A stretch of 64,000 nucleotides of DNA from an uncultured virus (IMG/VR IMGVR_UViG_3300044679_000029) (IMGVR_UViG_3300044679_000029:53102-117101), one strand, 5' to 3'. Positions 47,841 through 57,852 are shown, numbered from the stretch's first letter. Notes: a model not told the origin generated them from the letters alone. Translations and numbers: made by a program.

Positions 47841-48040
47841 AGTTGATGTTCGCCGCTATATTTGGCATAATAATTATTATCGCGGTTGTGATGACCCTCG
47901 TTGCTATATCCAGTGAGGAAGTTCCAATTACTGATAGGCGCGGTAAAGTTGTGCATATATACGTCTGCGATAAATATAACGGCTCATGCGACGATGACGC
48001 AGCACAAGTATTTATTGTACACGAACCGGATGGAGGATAA
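47822..48040 (+). CDS. Small membrane protein
   Basis: One hydrophobic helix and a Cys pair. Confidence 0.55.
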   Translation: MSETKLKLMFAAIFGIIIIIAVVMTLVAISSEEVPITDRRGKVVHIYVCDKYNGSCDDDAAQVFIVHEPDGG

Positions 48041-48235
48041 AATGTCACCAGTAGTTTGGATCACTGCACTAATCATGCATGCATACCCGATTTTTACACA
48101 GCAACAAGCTATTCATTTGGCCGAAAACGCTGTGGTAGTTTGCGAAGCAACGGTTGGTGAAGTCGAGACCAGACCTTTCATGAAATGTATCTTAGATACT
48201 ATTCCTGGCGTTGTTGATTCGGCAACGAGAAATGA

Positions 48236-48457
48236 ATGAAAGTAGCCAGGTTTTGGGTATTCTGGCAGCAAACTTCTATGCAACCTCACGGCTATAAAAT
48301 ATGGTACTATAACCATGACAATACTCAGGTTAGTCATTATTATAGCAACAACGAGGGCATAACATTAGCCTATGTTTTTGCGGTTAACAAGATGTTCGAT
48401 AGTTTATACTACAGAAAAACAACCGAGACGTACACGACCGCAGATTGGGTTCTATGA
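48236..48457 (+). CDS. MFxxIY-family small protein
   Basis: AYVFAVNKMFDSLYYR...WVL. Confidence 0.7.
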   Translation: MKVARFWVFWQQTSMQPHGYKIWYYNHDNTQVSHYYSNNEGITLAYVFAVNKMFDSLYYRKTTETYTTADWVL

Positions 48458-48681
48458 ACGGTTTTGCGTTATTATGGAATAAGGAGAAGGGAAACTACAG
48501 TGTGCGCTTTAGTAATAATGTTAATACTAAGACTAACCCAGCGAATTGGGCTATTCTATTTAGTCGACACGATAATCCAATCAGACGGTACATGTATATG
48601 AGCGCTCTCACCGACATGTTCGATATAGTTTATGCCCGCATCAATAATGACTATGATCGTCGGATATGGATACTAAGATGA
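48454..48681 (+). CDS. MFxxIY-family small protein
   Basis: MYMSALTDMFDIVYAR...WILR. Confidence 0.72.
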   Translation: MNGFALLWNKEKGNYSVRFSNNVNTKTNPANWAILFSRHDNPIRRYMYMSALTDMFDIVYARINNDYDRRIWILR

Positions 48682-48908
48682 AAGGTTTCGCTCTGTGTCT
48701 AACACAAGAGTACTTTGAACACAGATATTACGGGCTTCGCGTACTGACTCGTGACACAAAAATGAATATAGATAAAGCCCCTATTTCATCAGTACCACAT
48801 AATCTCGGCCCTCCGAATATTAAAGAGTACATTGAAGCGTGTAATATAGTGTTTGATAGAATTTACGCACGTGTAGAATTACCACCCGTTAGACGGTGGT
48901 TAGTTTAA
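48678..48908 (+). CDS. MFxxIY-family small protein
   Basis: EYIEACNIVFDRIYAR...WLV. Confidence 0.72.
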   Translation: MKGFALCLTQEYFEHRYYGLRVLTRDTKMNIDKAPISSVPHNLGPPNIKEYIEACNIVFDRIYARVELPPVRRWLV

Positions 48909-48916
48909 GGAATAAG

Positions 48917-50020
48917 ATGGAATTTCAGACACTATATAAGAAAACTTCAACTAATGCGACACAAAGCTGGACTGTATCCACAGCAGATAATATTATTACT
49001 ACTCGTTGGGGACAAGTAGACGGTAAAATCCAGGAGACCTCGGAAACAATCAAAGAGGGCAAGAATCTTGGAAAGAAAAACGCAACAACTGCGATTCAGC
49101 AGGCCGAGTTTCAAGCCAAGTCGCTTTGGGAAAAGAAGCTTAAGTCTGGATACGTAAAGAGTATCGAAGATGCTAAAGCTGGTAAGGTCGACAAAATTAT
49201 TAAGGGCGGCGTATCACCGATGCTTGCGCAGAAGTTTTCTGAGCGTGGCCAAAAGATTATCTACCCTGCGGCAGCGCAACCTAAACTCGACGGACACCGC
49301 TGTATTGCTATCCTTAAGAACGGTAAATGCACTCTTTGGAGTCGTAAACGTCAAGCGATTACGGGTTTACCACATATAAATAAGGAGATCGAGGATAATT
49401 TTACCGGCGGTGTAATACTCGACGGTGAATGTTATAACCACGCTTACAAACATAACTTCGAAGTTCTTAGTAGTTTTATTCGATCAAAGACACCGAAGCC
49501 TGGCTGTGAGGTTGTGCAATATCATGTGTACGATACTATAAATAATCTACCGTACAACGAACGACTGCAACTAATAAAGACTTTTCCGTTTGTTAATAAG
49601 TACCTCAAGCGTGTTAAGACTCGTTTAGTTAACGATGAAGACGAACTCATGCTCGCGTTTGAAGAGTTTCTTTTGGATGGGTATGAAGGTGCTATGGCCA
49701 GAAACTTGGCTAGCGTATATGAAGTTGGTAAGCGCTCTAATGATCTCCAGAAGATAAAAAAGTTCGATGATACAGAAGTCCTGATCACTGGTGTGAAAGA
49801 AGGTCACGGAAAACTTGCCGGTCATGCTATATTTCTTTGTGAAACATACAAAAAGGTTCCGTTCGAAGCAAAGATGCGCGGTGAGATTAGTAAATTGAAA
49901 GAGTATTTTGACCACCCAGAAACTGTAATTGGTGAGAAACTTACTATTAAGCATCAGGGCTGGACGAAGGATAATAAACCCAGATTCGTCGTAGCTTGGC
50001 GACTACGTGAGGATATATGA
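48917..50020 (+). CDS. ATP-dependent DNA ligase with WGR-like N-terminus
   Basis: PMLA, QPKLDGHR, LDGE, YHVYD, EGAM, KRS..LQKIK. Confidence 0.9.
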   Translation: MEFQTLYKKTSTNATQSWTVSTADNIITTRWGQVDGKIQETSETIKEGKNLGKKNATTAIQQAEFQAKSLWEKKLKSGYVKSIEDAKAGKVDKIIKGGVSPMLAQKFSERGQKIIYPAAAQPKLDGHRCIAILKNGKCTLWSRKRQAITGLPHINKEIEDNFTGGVILDGECYNHAYKHNFEVLSSFIRSKTPKPGCEVVQYHVYDTINNLPYNERLQLIKTFPFVNKYLKRVKTRLVNDEDELMLAFEEFLLDGYEGAMARNLASVYEVGKRSNDLQKIKKFDDTEVLITGVKEGHGKLAGHAIFLCETYKKVPFEAKMRGEISKLKEYFDHPETVIGEKLTIKHQGWTKDNKPRFVVAWRLREDI

Positions 50021-50118
50021 TATTTGGACCAGAAGATAATGACGACATGGAAGATTACGATGATGAAAATGAAGAAGACCCGGATGACATCTGGACCGAT
50101 GATCTTGTGGAAGACTAA
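50017..50118 (+). CDS. 33-aa hyperacidic peptide
   Basis: MIFGPEDNDDMEDYDDENEEDPDDIWTDDLVED; GAGGA RBS; overlaps both neighbours (ATGA, TAATG). Confidence 0.6.
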   Translation: MIFGPEDNDDMEDYDDENEEDPDDIWTDDLVED

Positions 50119-50348
50119 TGACGTTCGGGGATATTAATTTCTCGTTCGTGACCACTAGATTTCCTTATTTCTGGATAGAACATCTGCCAGAATATTTTTC
50201 GACGTCTAGTTATGTCGACAACTTTATCGAGGAACATCCTTCAGGTTACGCAGCGGCGGTTATTGATATGTTTGATCGTGTTTACACTCGCCATGAACTC
50301 CGGCTGTCTGAGAGTATCTCTGTTCCGGTTTGCTGGTGTTTTAAATAG
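50118..50348 (+). CDS. MFxxIY-family small protein
   Basis: GYAAAVIDMFDRVYTR...WCFK. Confidence 0.72.
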   Translation: MTFGDINFSFVTTRFPYFWIEHLPEYFSTSSYVDNFIEEHPSGYAAAVIDMFDRVYTRHELRLSESISVPVCWCFK

Positions 50349-50357
50349 GAGGTTACA

Positions 50358-50699
50358 GTGTCAAGAACGTTAAAAAAGAACATTAATAAGCTGAAGCCGC
50401 GTAATCATATCACCAAAGAAATGATTACCAATAAGCGTAAAACTGGGCCACATACTGACCGTAAGAAGCAGGCGTCGAAGGATGCTTGTGACGAGTTCGA
50501 GATCGACGAGCCTGTGTGTGCAGACTGTGGAGGGCCATACATCCAAGGAAGTAGCGAGAGTTGTGATAATGCGTTCCACCGTTGTCGTGATTGCATCTAC
50601 GACGACTGGGGCGATTTGGTCGACAAGTGTGTTGCTTGTGGGCTTGCGTCTGATTTCTTGGAAGACGATATGCCCGCTGTTGACGGAGAAGATTTCTAA
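50358..50699 (+). CDS. Protein with basic N-terminus and acidic Cys-rich C-terminus
   Basis: AGGAGG RBS; KPRN..GPHTDRKK; several CxxC. Confidence 0.6.
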   Translation: MSRTLKKNINKLKPRNHITKEMITNKRKTGPHTDRKKQASKDACDEFEIDEPVCADCGGPYIQGSSESCDNAFHRCRDCIYDDWGDLVDKCVACGLASDFLEDDMPAVDGEDF

Positions 50700-50700
50700 T

Positions 50701-51099
50701 ATGAAAAAAGAACTCGATGAAGAGTTGTGTAAGAAGTATCCAAATCTGTACCGCGACAGAAACGAGCCGCCAAGTAAGAGCTGTCTTCATTGGGGATTTC
50801 CCCGTGATGGCTGGTTCGAGTTAATCGATAAGGCATCAGCAGTCCTTGAGGCCGAGATTCTCAAACTTCCAGAGGAGCAAAGAATCGATTACCGCGCCTC
50901 TCAAGTTAAAGAGAAGTTTGGAACATTGCGGTTCTACCTACACAACGAAACAGACGCGATGCGTGCTGCAATAAGGGTAGCTGAAAGCGAATCAGCGAAG
51001 ACTTGTGAGCAGTGTGGTCATCCTGGTCAGTTGGACAAAACTCGTCCGTGGATGCTTACGCTTTGTTCACAGTGTAGTTCTGCAAGAAATTCTGGATAA
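50701..51099 (+). CDS. Conserved phage protein (QVKEKFG type)
   Basis: DGWFELI, QVKEKFGTLRFY, TCEQCG..W..TLC. Confidence 0.75.
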   Translation: MKKELDEELCKKYPNLYRDRNEPPSKSCLHWGFPRDGWFELIDKASAVLEAEILKLPEEQRIDYRASQVKEKFGTLRFYLHNETDAMRAAIRVAESESAKTCEQCGHPGQLDKTRPWMLTLCSQCSSARNSG

Positions 51100-51101
51100 A
51101 T

Positions 51102-51506
51102 ATGACAATATTTCTTATAGCGATGGTACTACTTCTTAGTGGTGTACTGCTGGCCGCTGTTCTTGGTGTTCCAGGTGAGCGTAAACGAAAATCCAAGGCC
51201 GCTCAACTCATAGAAGCTATAATGATAAACTACGAATATCTTAACGCTATTCACGTTGCCACTATGACCGATATGTGTAGGTGGGAGACACTTAAGAGAC
51301 AAGCAGAACAAATGCTACTGTACAATGAAATCGCTAAAACTATACCGGGATTTCCCACTTTGTCCGTCGGGTATGAAAGAGGAACTAGGAACATTATTTC
51401 GCTCCTCGAACAGCATGAAGCAAAGCCTACTGAAACACCGGTAAAGAAACAAAAGAAGCCGATGCCGTCGTATTTGCAGTTAGTTAAAAATGATCAGCTG
51501 AACTGA
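51102..51506 (+). CDS. Membrane-anchored hypothetical protein
   Basis: N-terminal hydrophobic helix. Confidence 0.6.
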   Translation: MTIFLIAMVLLLSGVLLAAVLGVPGERKRKSKAAQLIEAIMINYEYLNAIHVATMTDMCRWETLKRQAEQMLLYNEIAKTIPGFPTLSVGYERGTRNIISLLEQHEAKPTETPVKKQKKPMPSYLQLVKNDQLN

Positions 51507-51525
51507 TCTGGAGAAAATAATTTAT

Positions 51526-52482
51526 ATGTTTACAGCTATTTTGTTTGCAGCACTGGCGTCATCTCCCGTTGTTGTCGATCAAGCGCATCTACTAAACGAC
51601 GAGCAGACGCTGGCAGTTCAGAAGGAGTTTAGCGAAATTCAGAAGGACGACCATGTAACCATGGGTCTATTTACATTGCCCACGTCCACCGACATCAAGA
51701 GTCAGGCGTATCAGGCTATTAACCAGTTTGACCTCGGTCCTAATAGCGTTGTGATGCTTGTGTCTATGCAGCCTAGGAAGATTTATATTCAGCCTGGGAC
51801 GCAACTCGCTAGCAGGTTCTCTTCATCGACCGTTGACAGTCTCGTCAAGTCGTCGATGGTACCTGCTATGGGTAGCGGTCGGTATGGAGACGGTATCATT
51901 CGCGGTGTCAAGGCCGTGCGTAGTACACTAGAGGATTCCTGGCATCTCGGCTGGTGGCTATTCGGGCTACTGATTGTGGGTTTGCTTGGCTATCTGTTCT
52001 GGCGGCGCACTGAGGTTATCGTTGTGCGAACACGTTTTATCAACATGCACCAAACGGGGTCCTATTCGGCGTCTGGGGCTCGGCCTGTTAGCCGCTATAC
52101 TCGTCGCGAGTCTAGTGGTGGTACTACCGTTATCAACAATAATACCGGCGACGGCTTTATTGAAGGCATGCTTATCGGTGACATGCTCAACAATCGAGGC
52201 AGTCAGTCTGTTCCCGCGGTGCAACCGAGTGCTCCTTCACCTAGCTATCAGGATGGCGGTAGCCTAGGAGGCGGTGGCGCTAGTTTCGACGATGCTCCTG
52301 ATACTTCCGGTGGTGGTAGTGATTTTGGCGATACTTCCGGTGGCGGCTCTAGCTTCAGCGATGACTCGGGCAGCGGATCTGATGTCGGTGATTCCAGCAG
52401 CGGCGGCTCCGATTTCGGCGGTGGCTCTGACTCCGGTGGTAGTTTTGACGGCGGAAGTAGCGGCGGTGGTAGCGACTTCTAA
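51526..52482 (+). CDS. TPM-domain membrane protein with Gly/Ser/Asp tail
   Basis: VVDQAHLL, RKIYIQPG, MVPAM..GRYGDGI, TM helix, terminal GGGSDF. Confidence 0.8.
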   Translation: MFTAILFAALASSPVVVDQAHLLNDEQTLAVQKEFSEIQKDDHVTMGLFTLPTSTDIKSQAYQAINQFDLGPNSVVMLVSMQPRKIYIQPGTQLASRFSSSTVDSLVKSSMVPAMGSGRYGDGIIRGVKAVRSTLEDSWHLGWWLFGLLIVGLLGYLFWRRTEVIVVRTRFINMHQTGSYSASGARPVSRYTRRESSGGTTVINNNTGDGFIEGMLIGDMLNNRGSQSVPAVQPSAPSPSYQDGGSLGGGGASFDDAPDTSGGGSDFGDTSGGGSSFSDDSGSGSDVGDSSSGGSDFGGGSDSGGSFDGGSSGGGSDF

Positions 52483-52504
52483 ACTACTGCCTAGTTAATT
52501 AGAG

Positions 52505-52535
52505 GGCCCTCTAGCGAAAGTTAGAGGGCCTTTTT
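52505..52535 (+). terminator. Intrinsic terminator
   Basis: GGCCCTCTAGC-GAAA-GTTAGAGGGCC-TTTTT. Confidence 0.85.
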
Positions 52536-52551
52536 AATTGGAGTTATAAGA

Positions 52552-52782
52552 ATGAAAGCCTTTTGGGTCGATGTGCGCCCGACGAATAGGGATATGCGTT
52601 ATTGGTTTACTGCTGACTTGAGTCTTGCTGCATCAGGAGTAGTATATATGACGGAAATAATCCCGCGTACTTTACAAGACAAATATTATAAACTATGTTG
52701 CGGGATGTTTAATAGAATATACGCACCGTTGTCTGATAAGTATCAGGTTAAAAATAGTTTGCGCGGATGGATACTACTATGA
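52552..52782 (+). CDS. MFxxIY-family small protein
   Basis: KYYKLCCGMFNRIYA...WILL. Confidence 0.72.
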   Translation: MKAFWVDVRPTNRDMRYWFTADLSLAASGVVYMTEIIPRTLQDKYYKLCCGMFNRIYAPLSDKYQVKNSLRGWILL

Positions 52783-52976
52783 AAACCACTAAAATAACGT
52801 ACATCATAGAATCAAGAAGTAATCTACCAAGTAATAAGTGGCATACTGTATTTCAAGGAACGAGTTCCGTTCGTGCGCACCAGGAGTATAAGCGAATATG
52901 TAGACGAGACCCGTTCATGAACCATAAGTTCAGCGTTACTACGACGACAACTGTTGAGCTAGCGAGGACCGAATGA
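52779..52976 (+). CDS. Small hypothetical protein
   Basis: ATGA-coupled ORF. Confidence 0.5.
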   Translation: MKTTKITYIIESRSNLPSNKWHTVFQGTSSVRAHQEYKRICRRDPFMNHKFSVTTTTTVELARTE

Positions 52977-53203
52977 AGCTCCTAAACAGGGCTCTGTATA
53001 CCGGAACCGAGTGGTTATATAACAAGATCTACCCAGATAACAGAGATAAGCCCGAGCAAATCGAATTGTTTGATGGCGACTCCAAAGTACTACACGGCAC
53101 GAAGTTGACTCGGAGTGGTAATAGAATTCTAGTTACGAGTGAGGGTAAGGAATTCGTTATCTTCATAGGAAGCAAGGAAAAGATTGTTGGCTTTAGAAAA
53201 TAA
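52973..53203 (+). CDS. Small hypothetical protein
   Basis: GAGGA RBS, ATGA coupling. Confidence 0.55.
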   Translation: MKLLNRALYTGTEWLYNKIYPDNRDKPEQIELFDGDSKVLHGTKLTRSGNRILVTSEGKEFVIFIGSKEKIVGFRK

Positions 53204-53215
53204 TATAGACTAGAG

Positions 53216-53276
53216 AGAATGTCCTAGCCGGGACATTTTCTTTAGCTTACATAATACCACAAAATGTGGTATAAGA
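53216..53276 (+). promoter_or_regulatory. Terminator hairpin + TTTAGCT + early promoter motif (copy 3)
   Basis: AGAATGTCC-loop-GGACATTTT, then TTTAGCT, then AAAATGTGGTATAAGA. Confidence 0.7.
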
Positions 53277-54081
53277 ATATGAGCTTCTAATGTAGTATTT
53301 TACCCACAACCAAGGAGTACTAAATGCGCAACTTGACTGAGCTGCTGAACATGCCGTACTACCCGGGACACACCGAAGATTGCCCTGTGTTACAAGGCGT
53401 TCAGATTTGTGATTGCGGCGCGTCTTTGGCCACGGCGCTGATGATTGTTGCCGAGAGGGAAGCTGCACCACGGCAACAGGATCAATTGTTGCCGGCTCGA
53501 TCGGAACTCTGCACCGAGCGCTAACGTGACCCGTACAGAATACTGGGTCATGCGTGAGGAAGATATCCCTCGCGAGCGCGGTGGCCTAGTGGTTCATGTA
53601 CGAAACATTCCAGTCATTGCGATGGAGACGTCGTATGATGACGCACTAGGTTCACTGGCGGAGTTCACGCGGCTGAATCCCCAGTTTGCTGGGTCGTACA
53701 CGATTGTAACCCTAACTCTTGAGACATCGAGGAAACCATGAAATTAGCGGAGGAGTTGGCAAAGGCTGTTCTTCAAGCGTTCTTCAAGAATGGTGATTTC
53801 AGAGATATGACAACCGGCGATAGGCCGCTGGCTGTCGCAGCGGCAGAGAAGGTGCTGGAACAGAAAGCCGAGGAAGAGATCGCAGACCTGAATAAACCGG
53901 TTGGTGAACAGGTCTTCGAGTTTCAGCCAGACTCGGACGTCCTGTTCGACTCTGAAATTGTTGCCAAGCGCTGTGAAAACTGTGGCGACCCTGCGACGTG
54001 CGGGGAGAGGTGTTCGGCCTGCTGTACTGGTTGTGCAAACGACGCGGTTGACGCCGACCGGTTATATAAAGGAGCCCGCAA

Positions 54082-54270
54082 ATGAAAATCGGACGAAACG
54101 ACCCGTGTCACTGCGGAAGTGGCGTGAAGTACAAGAAGTGTCACTGGTGGAAGGAGAGCCAGAAGAATGTCCCGGATCGTGGGGCGGAGAAGCGTACCGC
54201 AAACAGGACCGGAAGTTCGATTCGCAACATGTTGGCTCTGATTCCGTTCATCGGAATTGGTAGTCGCTAA
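54082..54270 (+). CDS. SEC-C motif protein
   Basis: [20 protein letters not shown]; AAGGAG RBS. Confidence 0.85.
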   Translation: MKIGRNDPCHCGSGVKYKKCHWWKESQKNVPDRGAEKRTANRTGSSIRNMLALIPFIGIGSR

Positions 54271-54386
54271 TAATAACAACCTTGTCCGTCCGGCGCCGGT
54301 TTGGCGGTGGATTGATCTGACTGCGAAGGTCCTGGATTCAGATCCCAGGACTGGACCGGACGGACATCTTTTCAAACGGAGGAAAC

Positions 54387-54563
54387 ATGTCGACGAAGGC
54401 AGAGCGAGTGAAGCTGGGAGAGTGTGTGAGTTGCCCGAAACAGGCGCACGTTGACGAAAAGACTGGCAAGCGGCGGCGCGCTTGTCCCGCGTGTCTCGCA
54501 AAAAACAAGGCACGACCCGATAAGAAGATTGACAAGTGGGCTGGAATGGACGATGCATGGTGA
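54387..54563 (+). CDS. 58-aa zinc-finger protein (below the track cut-off)
   Basis: GGAGG RBS; MSTKAERVKLGECVSC...ACPACLAK. Confidence 0.65.
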   Translation: MSTKAERVKLGECVSCPKQAHVDEKTGKRRRACPACLAKNKARPDKKIDKWAGMDDAW

Positions 54564-56365
54564 AAACAAGCTTCTACTGTCTGCACTGCAAAAATACGTG
54601 GGAGTTGCCGGCGTGTCTGGTTCATCCCACAAATAAACCAGGCAAGGGCTGGATAAACTGCGATAAGTGTCACTGCGCCTGTCCAGAGTGTGGCGGACAG
54701 ACAATCTACCAGAGGAACGTAAATGTCGAGACAAATAATACCGCAAATCTGGTGTGAGATTCCAGAGTGGGTGATTAAGAAAGCGTTGAGAGACCCGCTG
54801 GGCGAGGACGATAGTCTCACGTGTACAATTTTTGTTTTCTTAGACCCGCACAAGAAAGCTCTTGAAACCGCAAAGCAGTGGCGACGAAACTGGTGGTATT
54901 CTCCGTGGTCCGCAAATAGACCCGACGGCGATCCTGGTTGGACACCAGATATGCCAGAAGAAGCCGAACGGTGGTTAAAAAACCAAGGGACATGGAGGAC
55001 AAAATGAACAAGCCTACTTGTCAGCGCGCGGCGGAACATAACTGCACGAATCCTGTAGAAGTACGGTGCGTGGTTTGTGAAGCCTTTCTCTGCAAACGAT
55101 GTCATGACAGCACTGGGTGTAACGGTCATGAAGTAAGTCAGGACCGAGAGATTCTGAAAAGCGTGTTAAGCGAACATATTAACACGATGATCGTCACGAG
55201 TACTGACTTCATCGCGGCTAAGGCGGCGTGGAATAAGGCCGTTGTCGCGATAAACGCAGCTATCGTCAAACGCAACAAAATTGAAGAAGGCTGGCCAGAA
55301 GCTGCGGCAACTTTTGCTGAAGCAAAGAAAACACTTGCGATCCAGGTCGGTTGGACTTGGTAAGGAGTAGTATGCCGTATCCGGTGCTGTTTTATCTTGG
55401 TTGCATCATACTTGGGTTGGTCGCCACGTTCAGGCCGCTATGGTTGGCGTATCTGATGCTCTGCATGTTGTTGTCCTTACTGGCAGGGATGACTTGGTAT
55501 CTATTCTACCTCCTCATATACTGGTTGTGCGGCAAAGACCCTAGGTGGCCATGAACCTCGAAGATCTTCTAACGGAACGCGAAAAAAATAAGAAGTATCT
55601 TCCTGGGGAATATCATCGCGGCTTTGACGAAGCACTCGCGATGATGATTCGTAAATCACAGGAAGAGGGAAACGAGGTCTACACTCGTTGTAACAGATGT
55701 TTGGATTTTCTGATTGATGGTAGGTGTCCGAAGAAGTTTTTGCCGTGCTTCGGAAATACGTTTGACACTAAATAGGAGTAACATGACAACCAAAAAGAAG
55801 ACAGCAAAGAAGTCACCGAAGAAGTTCAAGTCTGTGGAAGTTGCGATGACGCAGACTGAAACAAACCTCGTGAGGACGCTTAACGAGAGTTTTGACGCGC
55901 TCTACGTAGCCGTCACCGATGGCGTAAATCGATTAGAAGACCGGGTCGAGGAAGTCGAACTTGCTCTCGCCGATGTCATCACGAAGGACTGCTGCGCCAC
56001 GCATAGAGAAGAAAAGGCCGTTGAAACGCCGGAGCCTCAAGTGTGCATTCTTTGCGGTAAACCTGCTACTGTTGTAGAACAATACGAAAAGTGCGGCCAG
56101 GAGTACTTAGTCTGCTCTAAGCACAGGACAAGGTCGAGACCCATTCTGGCGGATACGGCCGCGGCGCAGGCCAAAATCGACCCGTTCGAAGCTGCGCCGA
56201 TCAGTGGCGTGGAAGAAGACGGAAGTTGGAAAGACAGGCTGGATAACGATCTTCGTGCCAGCAAAGCGCCCGTCTTCTGTCCGTATTGCAACAAGACGGT
56301 GTACGTCGGGAACGATAAGTGCAAGTTTCCGAGGAATCATCACAGTCGGTAGGCCGCGTACTAAA

Positions 56366-56400
56366 CCAAGAGCCCCAGATTCTTTGGGGCCTTGTTTTCT
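56366..56400 (+). terminator. Intrinsic terminator
   Basis: GCCCCAGA-TTC-TTTGGGGC followed by CTTGTTTT. Confidence 0.6.
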
Positions 56401-56412
56401 AGACTGGAATAA

Positions 56413-56652
56413 ATGAGATTTAAATTAATGTCTTTTACTGATAAAAGTTGTGGATGGTGCGTGTCTATTTTTATAGATAGCAATACTAATACTGACGAAT
56501 ACTACATAACGCCGTTCAGCCGGAGAAGTTTGTTACCAGAGAAATATTTTGAACTGTGCTCAAGTATGTTTAATACCGTGTACAAGATACATCTGATAAA
56601 TGAAGATGAGTTCGGCGACAAGTTACCGCCCAACAGCTGGGAACTATACTAA
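56413..56652 (+). CDS. MFxxIY-family small protein
   Basis: KYFELCSSMFNTVYK...WELY. Confidence 0.72.
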   Translation: MRFKLMSFTDKSCGWCVSIFIDSNTNTDEYYITPFSRRSLLPEKYFELCSSMFNTVYKIHLINEDEFGDKLPPNSWELY

Positions 56653-56817
56653 ATGCGCAGACAATATTACTGGTGGGATCAAATGGGTCCGGACAGTAGG
56701 ATGCGGTTCTATCCATATGCTTCCCGTAACTTAATTTACCTGGAATTGATGACGTGTATGCTTGACCATATTTACCAACGCGACGTTGGCGGTAGTGGTG
56801 TTTTTATATTGGAGTAA
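56653..56817 (+). CDS. MFxxIY-family small protein (54 aa, not in track)
   Basis: MRRQYYWWDQ...IYLELMTCMLDHIYQR...FILE. Confidence 0.68.
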   Translation: MRRQYYWWDQMGPDSRMRFYPYASRNLIYLELMTCMLDHIYQRDVGGSGVFILE

Positions 56818-56818
56818 A

Positions 56819-56977
56819 ATGAAAACAAGTTTTGTTATTAAATCTAGACAGAGATTTTCAATCTCGTATGACGATACAGGCAGCTGTGCAGACTGGATGA
56901 AATATCATAATGAATTAGTATTTCCGATGCTCAGTTTAATTTACCGGTTTGATAGTTTACTATGGATATTACTATGA
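56819..56977 (+). CDS. MFxxIY-family small protein
   Basis: KYHNELVFPMLSLIYR...WILL. Confidence 0.65.
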   Translation: MKTSFVIKSRQRFSISYDDTGSCADWMKYHNELVFPMLSLIYRFDSLLWILL

Positions 56978-57198
56978 ACTTTACTATACGAAACTACAAA
57001 AAGTACATGGATAGGTGGTTTTGGGATTACTTGACGTTTGCTGAGCGAAGAGATCTTGATTTTAAACTTCCGTTTACGGATGCCGCCGAATGTAGTAGTT
57101 ACTTCAGTCTTTGTGTCGACATGTTTGACACCGTTTATAAGCGAGCGGGGACTGAATTTCTGACGATGGATGGCGTATCTTTATGGGAATTAAAATGA
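56974..57198 (+). CDS. MFxxIY-family small protein
   Basis: SYFSLCVDMFDTVYKR...WELK. Confidence 0.72.
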   Translation: MNFTIRNYKKYMDRWFWDYLTFAERRDLDFKLPFTDAAECSSYFSLCVDMFDTVYKRAGTEFLTMDGVSLWELK

Positions 57199-57434
57199 AA
57201 GTTCTAATTTTGTTGCTCCTAACTTCTTGTGGCAGTGCTTTTGAGTATGGTCCGGACGACGGCGGAAATATTTGTAATGGATCAGTGATACCGGACGGCG
57301 CCGTGTGTTGTAGTCCTGGCGAGATGTTGTCGGGTGATTACTGCCCAGAGAATTATGTCTGCTGCTCGATTGGGTGTGTGCAGTCTACTGAAGTTGATGT
57401 TGTAAATAGCACAGGAATTGAGAGTTGTGACTAA
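57195..57434 (+). CDS. Cys-rich lipoprotein
   Basis: MKVLILLLLTS-C lipobox; acidic, CC/C-rich body. Confidence 0.65.
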   Translation: MKVLILLLLTSCGSAFEYGPDDGGNICNGSVIPDGAVCCSPGEMLSGDYCPENYVCCSIGCVQSTEVDVVNSTGIESCD

Positions 57435-57646
57435 TGGCTAACTATATGTATATCACGAACCCGGAACGTTGTCGCTGGGCTCCTGTCGCGAAATTTATTG
57501 TGGGTACAGATCCTATTTACGGTGTCATATTTTATCCTAGGACACGCGTCGACGCAAGCGAGTACGCAAAACTGTGTGTAGACATGTTTGATTTGGTGTA
57601 CGCAAGAGTGCACAATAACCCGTCGTATAAATTCATGTTAATATGA
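57434..57646 (+). CDS. MFxxIY-family small protein
   Basis: EYAKLCVDMFDLVYAR...FMLI. Confidence 0.72.
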   Translation: MANYMYITNPERCRWAPVAKFIVGTDPIYGVIFYPRTRVDASEYAKLCVDMFDLVYARVHNNPSYKFMLI

Positions 57647-57852
57647 AAACAACCATACAAATAAATAAACTAGACGCGCATACGGTTATATTTTACGGCT
57701 ACGTCATTAATGACATCGGGCAGATTCTTTGTGAATACACTTTGAACCCGCATAGCCGCGAATATAAATACTATCATGCTTGCGCTGACATGTTCTCCTT
57801 ACTATACAATAGATACCTAAATCTTGATGATAGAAAGTTTGTGTTAAAATGA
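57643..57852 (+). CDS. MFxxIY-family small protein
   Basis: KYYHACADMFSLLYNR...FVLK. Confidence 0.72.
   Translation: MKTTIQINKLDAHTVIFYGYVINDIGQILCEYTLNPHSREYKYYHACADMFSLLYNRYLNLDDRKFVLK

Larger units (their letters stand above)
53324..56352 (+). other. Early cassette of about ten small, mostly Cys-rich genes
   Basis: Coupled ORFs 53324-53524, ~53526-53741, 53738-54085, 54082-54270, 54387-54563, 54557-54757, 54723-55007, 55004-55363, ~55372-55554, ~55551-55775, 55783-56352; bounded by a promoter and a terminator. Confidence 0.6.

Noticed and set aside
52250-52482. GGT/GGC/AGC-rich low-complexity repeats
   Set aside because: This is the ordinary Gly/Ser-rich tail of TPM-domain proteins.
54257-54636. 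Track ORFs 54257-54454 and 54451-54636
   Set aside because: A 58-aa zinc-finger ORF at 54387-54563 with a GGAGG RBS explains the region better.
53923-55129. Long minus-strand ORFs (211 and 263 aa)
   Set aside because: They are antisense shadows of a coupled plus-strand cassette with good RBSs and recognisable motifs.
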